Below, in pieces: positions 23,837 through 29,357 of a stretch of DNA of 29,357 nt. The translations under genes were made by a program, and so were the position numbers. The stretch spans positions 1 through 29,357 of the IMG/VR virus record IMGVR_UViG_3300012031_000058; one strand, 5' to 3'. The DNA comes from a virus. Taxonomy: Duplodnaviria > Caudoviricetes. The notes beneath the pieces are model-generated. The model was not told the origin of the DNA, did no database searches, and saw only the letters and a list, made by a program, of their open reading frames with translations. Position 1 is the stretch's first letter. The number at the start of each line of letters is the position of its first letter.

Positions 23837-25419
23837 GCGGCACCTTGTTGTGGTGCCCCCATCTCGGCCGCTGCTGCCGCAGCTTGCTGTGCGAGTCTAG
23901 CTTCTCGTACTTGAGTGACTTCGTCGTACGGCCGCGTCCAGTTCACTGGGGCGTCCACACCTTGGATGGAGTCACGTATGGCCTCATCAAAGTCAAAGTT
24001 GTCTAGTACTCCTGCGTCCAGCTGCGCGGCCTCGGCAAGTTCCTGCCGGATCCTAGCAAACTGATTCATCTTTTCTTCTTCTTCATCGCTCGTGAGTGGG
24101 GACACGTATTTAAATTCTACGTCTGTTCCAAGTGACTTGGGTATGTCTTGTGGGGATCCTAACTGGCCCATCATCAACATCAGATCAAACGTGGCTTCGC
24201 ATATCTGGCCGTTATAGTCTCGCTCCATAGGGGCGAACAATGGCAAGTTAGTGCGTCTGTACTGCTTCATTCGCTCTTGTACTTCGTACGCAGTCATCTC
24301 TTTGTCGCCCAGAGGCAGACTCAAAGTGTCTAGATAAAAGGACTTCTGCAGAGTCTCGTATACCCTGTTCCGCTCAGCCGCCCCAATCGGGTAGCCGCCT
24401 TTGTTCTGGTCAAGGGATCTTAGGGCTTGCCCCAGTCTCTCGTCATATTCGTTGTCCACCCAGGTTATACCGTTAGGGGATAGATCCACCACGCCGGTGA
24501 TCACTTTAGACGTCGCCACCATCGGAGGTCTGGCATACCGCTCACCCGCTTCGAGAAGTGTGAACGTCATAGACTGCAATGTCCTCGCGTCAGGTAGAGC
24601 AGCCATCGTGGCTGGGCTGTACCCGTAAGGGGATCCGGCAATCGTTTGGAATCTGGGGACGATGTAGTAAGCGTAATTTATGCCTTTGTACTCGAGCATC
24701 GTCTTCTCACTTTCGAGAACGAAGTATGAGCAGTTCTTATACCGAGTCATTTCCTCGTCACCCGACAAGTCGGACGGAATCGTCATGTGGTACACACGGG
24801 TAGTACAGAAAGGATTCTTGTTGTATTTCTCTCGGAGAGCCGGAGTTAACGCCTTTTCGCCAAAAATTCGCACAAGTTGGTGCAGGGTCGGGTCCCATTT
24901 ACGGACGACTGTCTCCACCTGGCCAGACTCGTTCTCTTCCCACGCGCAATCGCGTAGGTGCCAAGGCCTGTAGATCACACCTGTTCTAGTTTTGTTTGGT
25001 TCGAGGGATAGTACCGCGTTGCCGAACGTGGCAAAGTCGTGGTCGCCTATCTTGACAGCTCGCTCAAAGTTAGAGGATCTGTCTTGCATGATTTTGTACT
25101 GGCGATTGGTCGCCCACTCTAGCCACAGTTTGCCCTCTCGGTCAGCCTCTGTGTCGGCTCCAGCTGTGATTTCAAACCATCTCGCGTCCCGCAACATAGC
25201 GTGGAACGAGTTGCCTAGGTCTCTGCGGGCCAAGATAGGAAAGGAGTCAACCGTGTTGTTGGCCATCTCCAGCCCCGTCATGTTTCTGGTCAACAGGAAG
25301 TCCGCCCTCTCTGGGTAGAAGTTATCTGCGAGTGTCTGCCATAGCGATACAGCCACACTCTGTGACTTGAACATATTACCTGCGCGTTGGCAGATATCTT
25401 CAGCGGTTAGCTTCGGCAT
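23833..25419 (-). CDS. Portal (head-tail connector) protein, T7 gp8-like
   Basis: 528 aa, 'WQTLADNFYP.RADF', 'D...FGNAV', 'PRF....GSPYGYSP..ALPD...LQ', 'MTAYEV.ER', 'YVSPL'. Confidence 0.92.
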   Translation of the reverse strand: MPKLTAEDICQRAGNMFKSQSVAVSLWQTLADNFYPERADFLLTRNMTGLEMANNTVDSFPILARRDLGNSFHAMLRDARWFEITAGADTEADREGKLWLEWATNRQYKIMQDRSSNFERAVKIGDHDFATFGNAVLSLEPNKTRTGVIYRPWHLRDCAWEENESGQVETVVRKWDPTLHQLVRIFGEKALTPALREKYNKNPFCTTRVYHMTIPSDLSGDEEMTRYKNCSYFVLESEKTMLEYKGINYAYYIVPRFQTIAGSPYGYSPATMAALPDARTLQSMTFTLLEAGERYARPPMVATSKVITGVVDLSPNGITWVDNEYDERLGQALRSLDQNKGGYPIGAAERNRVYETLQKSFYLDTLSLPLGDKEMTAYEVQERMKQYRRTNLPLFAPMERDYNGQICEATFDLMLMMGQLGSPQDIPKSLGTDVEFKYVSPLTSDEEEEKMNQFARIRQELAEAAQLDAGVLDNFDFDEAIRDSIQGVDAPVNWTRPYDEVTQVREARLAQQAAAAAAEMGAPQQGAA

Positions 25420-25423
25420 GTTG

Positions 25424-25612
25424 TTAACCTAAGGTGTTACCCGCACCTGATAGGACTGTGCTGGCGGTGCTTGTTTTGCGCTTGCCTTTTTTGGCTTTAT
25501 TGCGCTCTATTGTTGCGGCTTCCTTCGCAATGTCTGCCTCTGTAGGCGCGGCAGCCGCCGGCTGTACAACGGTGGCCATCGGAGCTTTTGGCTGTTTAAA
25601 CATATTACTCAT
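25424..25612 (-). CDS. Small basic protein preceding the portal
   Basis: 62 aa 'MF..PK.P...K/R-rich..STVLS....LG' pattern common upstream of this portal type; GAGG RBS. Confidence 0.7.
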   Translation of the reverse strand: MSNMFKQPKAPMATVVQPAAAAPTEADIAKEAATIERNKAKKGKRKTSTASTVLSGAGNTLG

Positions 25613-25640
25613 GGCATGCGCCCTCGGTGTCTATTGATCT

Positions 25641-25649
25641 AGGATATCA
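25641..25649 (-). promoter_or_regulatory. Possible extended -10 element (TGATATCCT)
   Basis: In the 59-bp intergenic gap; similar to the other TGATAT elements. Confidence 0.3.
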
Positions 25650-25671
25650 CGGTCCCCAGCGCGTGGGTAGC

Positions 25672-26103
25672 CTACGAGAGGCTACGGACTGTGGCTAGGA
25701 ACAGCTTGTCTTTGGTCTGCTGCTCCGATGGGAGCTCTTTGTACGGGACCATGCACGGGTGGGTTTTCTTCACTGAGTCTTTCACAGGCCCGTGCTTCCA
25801 CCCCTGCGCCTCCTTAGACTTGAGCCATTTCTTGTGGCTGTCCTCAGGTTTTACGTTAGGGTTAGCCAGTGCGTACTGCACTCCTGCAATGGCTGAGGAT
25901 CGAATGCCTGGGTCGGCGTCGTCCCAGTCCGGTTGAGTCTTCTCACCGAGCAACTCTTGGTACGCAGTGTTCACGGCGTGGCACATCTTGGCGATTCGAG
26001 TCACTAGCAGGTTGCTGGGCTCGAACGCCTCGTTGACCACTGGTGTTGATGGGTCGTCACCTTTGAACTGCCCGTCTTCTTCTCTCGCTCTTTTCTTCGG
26101 CAT
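25672..26103 (-). CDS. RyR-domain protein with N-terminal RAR..GQF..DDPSTP..NEA peptide
   Basis: 'SH..WL..K...GW..GPVKD...KTHPCMVPY.ELP..QQ.KD.LF' is the RyR repeat signature. Confidence 0.85.
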   Translation of the reverse strand: MPKKRAREEDGQFKGDDPSTPVVNEAFEPSNLLVTRIAKMCHAVNTAYQELLGEKTQPDWDDADPGIRSSAIAGVQYALANPNVKPEDSHKKWLKSKEAQGWKHGPVKDSVKKTHPCMVPYKELPSEQQTKDKLFLATVRSLS

Positions 26104-27518
26104 TATGGTCTTCCTCTTGGTGGTAGGCCAGGGGTCCCCCTGTGGCCGTAGTTACTGGCTTGGTTTTGGTTTGCTACCACTTTAGGTGGTACCCAGACCT
26201 GACTGCTCTCGTCTTTGGTCATACCTGGGAACAGTTCAGTGAACCCCCAGATAGCTGAGTCCGCACGGTCTGGGGATTTCAGCCCCTTGTATCCGTCTGG
26301 GTAGAAGCTGCAAAGCTGCTCCTCGATCTCTGGGTAGTACCCGTAGAACCGGATCTTACCACGTTGCTGCAATGTCGCTATAGGCTCTGCCCTGACGGTC
26401 TTACCTCGGGTGGCGTGGACCAGCTTGACCGGTATGTTCTCGCCCGAGTCGTTGCCGGCCTCGATGGTGTGTTTAACCATTGCCCCGCCGTAGTTGGACT
26501 CGCCGACCACGCAGTCTGCCATCCAACGCTTGAATGCGTCTCCGACGATCTTGCTCCACGTGCTCGGACCATACTTTCCAGATAGGTCTTCGAGCAGGTA
26601 CCCCCTGCCGTCCGTGCCCAGTCCGGTCACAGTGATGCCAATCTCGTCCGACCTGCTATCTGGGTCATCGTCTGAACAGCCTGATGGATCCACATTGACT
26701 GTGATCCTGACCAGGTCTGGGAGCTCGTCGCCTTTGCCACCGGTGCATCGGGTCGCATCGATGAGCTCGTCGTTCCAGAGGGAGTCGTTGTCCTCATCGG
26801 CGAACTGGCCCAGAAAGAAACGCTTCCGCTCTTTCTCGGGCATCTCGTTAAGGCGCTCAAGGTACTTGGGATCCAGGTTCTCTTGGTTGTCCATGGGGTT
26901 CATGAACATAAACCCGACGTTGTTTGGTGATATCAGGTACTTATTGGTGTCTGGGCTCTTCTTCTCGACGAAGTATTTGTACGTCCAGTGACGCTTCGAT
27001 GGGGGGTTAAAATCGTAGTACGACTTGAGCGCAAGGCCAGGGCACACCTGTGCTAGACGTGTGAGGGCCAGTTTGACTGACTGCCACGGTATCTGAGAGC
27101 ACTCATTGAAGTAGATGGTCGCGTATTCGTTACCGAGGATATTCTCGACTCGGTCCTTGTCGTCTAGGCCCCCGAACCATATCTCGGATCCATTGTGGAA
27201 TTTGTAGAACCAGTCTGTCTTGTTGAGGTTCTTCTCGTTGTACATTCCTGGGTAGCAGAGCTCCATCATTTTCGGGAACGTGTCTCGCACGACGGCTTTG
27301 ATGATCGCGTTCTGCCGGAACCGGAGCACCGCGTGACGACTGTTACCAACCCTAAGTGCTCTGGTCGCCACAGCGTATGCCAGGAGGAACGTCTTGCCGG
27401 ATCTAGAACCGCCGCCCAGCCCGAAGTCGGCAGCGTCAGCCCCTAAGGCCTCAACCGCCGAGTCTTGCTGAGTGGTCAGTTTGAATTTTTTAGGTTTGGT
27501 CGTGGGGGCCAGTGTCAT
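26103..27518 (-). CDS. terL: Terminase large subunit
   Basis: Walker A GGSRSGKT, Walker B-like IYFNEC, DFNP coupling motif, RNase H-like nuclease VNVDPS..DEIGI..ESNYGG..SPDRADS. Confidence 0.95.
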   Translation of the reverse strand: MTLAPTTKPKKFKLTTQQDSAVEALGADAADFGLGGGSRSGKTFLLAYAVATRALRVGNSRHAVLRFRQNAIIKAVVRDTFPKMMELCYPGMYNEKNLNKTDWFYKFHNGSEIWFGGLDDKDRVENILGNEYATIYFNECSQIPWQSVKLALTRLAQVCPGLALKSYYDFNPPSKRHWTYKYFVEKKSPDTNKYLISPNNVGFMFMNPMDNQENLDPKYLERLNEMPEKERKRFFLGQFADEDNDSLWNDELIDATRCTGGKGDELPDLVRITVNVDPSGCSDDDPDSRSDEIGITVTGLGTDGRGYLLEDLSGKYGPSTWSKIVGDAFKRWMADCVVGESNYGGAMVKHTIEAGNDSGENIPVKLVHATRGKTVRAEPIATLQQRGKIRFYGYYPEIEEQLCSFYPDGYKGLKSPDRADSAIWGFTELFPGMTKDESSQVWVPPKVVANQNQASNYGHRGTPGLPPRGRP

Positions 27519-27886
27519 TACAGTCGGGCCGCGGCCCCTTCAATCTTGACGATGATTGTCTCGGACTCGCCTTCCGGCTTGTCTCTCCAGCCTTGGTTCT
27601 TTAGTGAGAACACTGGGCCGGCGACGTTCACGCCCTTATTGAATAATTGCTCTGCGGTGAACTGCTCCACGCGAAGACATGCCCTGTTGGCCACATCATG
27701 GAACTCTTCGTGAGTGTCGTCGTTTCGGTAGTGTAGCAATGTCCGTGTGCCTGAGAACCCGAGCGCGTACGCCAGACCTGGGAGAGTGAGAGGTCTGGGT
27801 GGTATAGGCGTCAAGCACTCCTGAAAGTAAGCATCAGCGAGTAGCTCGAACTCTAGTGGATCATTGATTAGTTTCTGTCCCATCAT
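27518..27886 (-). CDS. terS: Terminase small subunit (P22 gp3-like DNA-packaging protein)
   Basis: 'YF..C..PLTL.GLA..LG...R.L..Y..F......A..RVE..F.LKN.GW.DK' pattern; overlaps terL by 1 nt. Confidence 0.85.
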   Translation of the reverse strand: MMGQKLINDPLEFELLADAYFQECLTPIPPRPLTLPGLAYALGFSGTRTLLHYRNDDTHEEFHDVANRACLRVEQFTAEQLFNKGVNVAGPVFSLKNQGWRDKPEGESETIIVKIEGAAARL

Positions 27887-27919
27887 TCAAACCTGTCGAA
27901 TCCGGTGGCGTACGCATTG

Positions 27920-27928
27920 ATTATATCA
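27920..27928 (-). promoter_or_regulatory. Extended -10 promoter (TGATATAAT) upstream of terS
   Basis: Perfect TGnTATAAT in the 51-bp intergenic gap. Confidence 0.65.
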
Positions 27929-27937
27929 GCAGTCGCC

Positions 27938-28489
27938 CTACGTTGTTGGGGCCTCATAATGGAACAATATGTCGGCGTCGTAGACACCCGAGGTGCCAGT
28001 GTCGTACTCAATCGCCAGTGCATCGCCTGGGCCCAGTATCACTGCGCTGTCTAGCTTGAACGATGCGCTTTCTAGAGCGCGTGATCGTTTAATCCCGACC
28101 AGACCCACGGCCGTTAGGCCAGTTATTGGGGTGTCCCCGTTCATGGCGGTCGCCGCTGCCGGAAGACCCGATTTAAAATTCAAGTTAACGGGGGTAACTG
28201 CCGCGCCTGCTCCGGCTGTACCGTTCACTTTTGCTATCTTCCAAAGGATCGACTCGACCCCACCGAGAGTAATCTCATCGATGTACAGGTCGTCTACCGC
28301 GGATGCGTTCTTCAAGTAAGCGATGTAGTCATCGGCCGCCCCAGCTCCGAAAAAGGTGGCACGGAATGCCTTCCCTGAGTCCCTTGAGACGTACGCGACC
28401 CGAGGGTTGCTCTTAGCCGAGACATTCAGCCGTTGTGCTTGACTGACGCTGGCGCTGCCATTTTTCCCTTTACCGTCTTCGATGATCAT
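27938..28489 (-). CDS. Hypothetical beta-sandwich (jelly-roll-like) protein, possibly virion-associated
   Basis: 183 aa, 'YLKN.....LYIDEI', 'VIL.PGDALAI'; G/A/T-rich. Confidence 0.7.
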   Translation of the reverse strand: MIIEDGKGKNGSASVSQAQRLNVSAKSNPRVAYVSRDSGKAFRATFFGAGAADDYIAYLKNASAVDDLYIDEITLGGVESILWKIAKVNGTAGAGAAVTPVNLNFKSGLPAAATAMNGDTPITGLTAVGLVGIKRSRALESASFKLDSAVILGPGDALAIEYDTGTSGVYDADILFHYEAPTT

Positions 28490-28679
28490 TGATGTCTGCC
28501 TCTGCGAACGTATTGTTCGATAGCACCGAGAGGTGCAGGTTAGTTTCAGCTGTTGAATGCGCCAGCTCTTCTGTCTTCTCCAGTGCTCTCGCGCCTCTGG
28601 AAATATTATCAGGGTCGTCGGTCACAACAACCGGTTTTGCCCCGTTGCCGCCTGGGTTAATCAGATGTCTAGTACTCAT
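28470..28679 (-). CDS. Hypothetical small protein
   Basis: 69 aa, GAGG RBS, overlaps both neighbours (coupled arrangement). Confidence 0.6.
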   Translation of the reverse strand: MSTRHLINPGGNGAKPVVVTDDPDNISRGARALEKTEELAHSTAETNLHLSVLSNNTFAEADINDHRRR

Positions 28680-29044
28680 GGCACGACCTCTTCGTCGTTG
28701 ACCCGCCCGTACGCCTTGAAGTTAACAGCGTTAGCTACAGAGGACTGGACCCCGATGGTCTCGCCCGCTTTGTAGCCAACTATACTCTTCTGCGCCTCGA
28801 ACTGGAAGAGGTCGCCTGGTCCGATGGTGTACTCATAGACAAGAGCCGTGTCCTCATCGTAGGTGGATCCATCAGGGTCGTGGAATATAGATATCTTGGA
28901 ATCCCCCGTGCTTACATTCACACAGTTGACCAGTGTGACTTCAAACTGACTGAAGAAGGGGGACGTCCATAGCGTCCCTGCGATGGTGTCGGCGGGCCGC
29001 AGTTGTCCCAGTCGTCTGGACGGTCCTTTGATTAGTCTAGGCAT
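28676..29044 (-). CDS. Small jelly-roll-like protein, probable virion structural protein
   Basis: Likely start MPRLIK at 29044, because a promoter-like element lies within the longer ORF extension. 'LW.SP....V..V...N......SIFHD..G...AL.Y...I..G' beta-sandwich pattern. Confidence 0.7.
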   Translation of the reverse strand: MPRLIKGPSRRLGQLRPADTIAGTLWTSPFFSQFEVTLVNCVNVSTGDSKISIFHDPDGSTYDEDTALVYEYTIGPGDLFQFEAQKSIVGYKAGETIGVQSSVANAVNFKAYGRVNDEEVVP

Positions 29045-29128
29045 GGCCGATTCTCGTGTGATTAGTATCCTCGGCCCCAGCCTATTGCGAGTAGGCCAGT
29101 TGGGTTGCACCCAGCCCGAGTTGAACCG

Positions 29129-29158
29129 ATTGTACCACTGTTTTTCATATTTTTGCAT
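29129..29158 (-). promoter_or_regulatory. Putative sigma70-type promoter (ATGCAA-N18-TACAAT with extended TG)
   Basis: Minus strand ATGCAAAAATATGAAAAACAGTGGTACAAT in an AT-rich patch. Confidence 0.5.
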
Positions 29159-29357
29159 AGGGGGCGTTTTTTAGTACAGAAAGTGCGTTGCCGCTGCTAC
29201 AGGGGATATTGGTCGCTGAGAGACTCTCGGGGTATTAGCCCCGTAGCTGCAAACCGCCGGCCCCCATCAGCGCGGGGGGTGGCCAGCAGATCCCACCGGT
29301 CGCCATCAGCCACAGCCCAGCAACCATGCGGGCTGCAGAGCATCGCCCTAGGTGCCA

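Noticed and set aside
11119-26860. Alternative-frame minus ORFs (11119..11316, 12828..13151, 13875..14084, 16863..17099, 19146..19400, 22965..23174, 23196..23411, 26378..26572, 26627..26860)
   Set aside because: Typical frame-shift shadows over conserved coding sequence, with no protein-like pattern
29045-29158. N-terminal 38 aa of the 160-aa ORF call
   Set aside because: Overlaps a promoter-like element and a structured leader; the family-like sequence begins at MPRLIK (29044)
28-29174. Numerous plus-strand ORFs of 60-239 aa (e.g. 3880..4599, 12848..13441, 19010..19678)
   Set aside because: Antisense shadows of long minus-strand genes; S/R-rich, with no recognisable motifs
29160-29357. GC-rich non-coding end with C and G runs, possible pac site, terminus or RNA gene
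   Set aside because: No tRNA cloverleaf or recognisable motif; cannot be judged without flanking sequence

Overview
The window is the virion morphogenesis module of a tailed dsDNA phage with a short T7-type tail (podovirus; gene order as in BPP-1/epsilon15/HTVC010P-like phages). All credible genes are on the minus strand. Reading right to left: small beta-sandwich proteins, terminase small and large subunits, a RyR-domain protein, portal, Bbp19-like protein, scaffold, major capsid, decoration protein and terminator, adaptor (tail tube A), nozzle (tail tube B), GNAT-like protein, four internal virion (ejection) proteins, a 3TM holin and the start of a beta-propeller gene. Four features stand out. 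(1) A 60-aa acidic gene with a well-spaced AGGAG ribosome binding site is nested in the +1 frame inside the 2244-aa ejection protein, directly after a glycosylase-like effector domain; it is a candidate embedded immunity gene. (2) The polyvalent ejection protein is split into two genes, and its cargo domains (glycosylase-like, ADP-ribosyltransferase, unknown) are delimited by a recurring L-x-Q motif upstream of a zincin HExxH peptidase, suggesting a self-processing effector polyprotein. (3) The adaptor consists of four tandem gp11-like domains with a recent 591-bp duplication. (4) The nozzle carries a Kelch propeller nested in an LVIVD-type propeller. Family assignments come from motif recognition by eye; no database searches were run.
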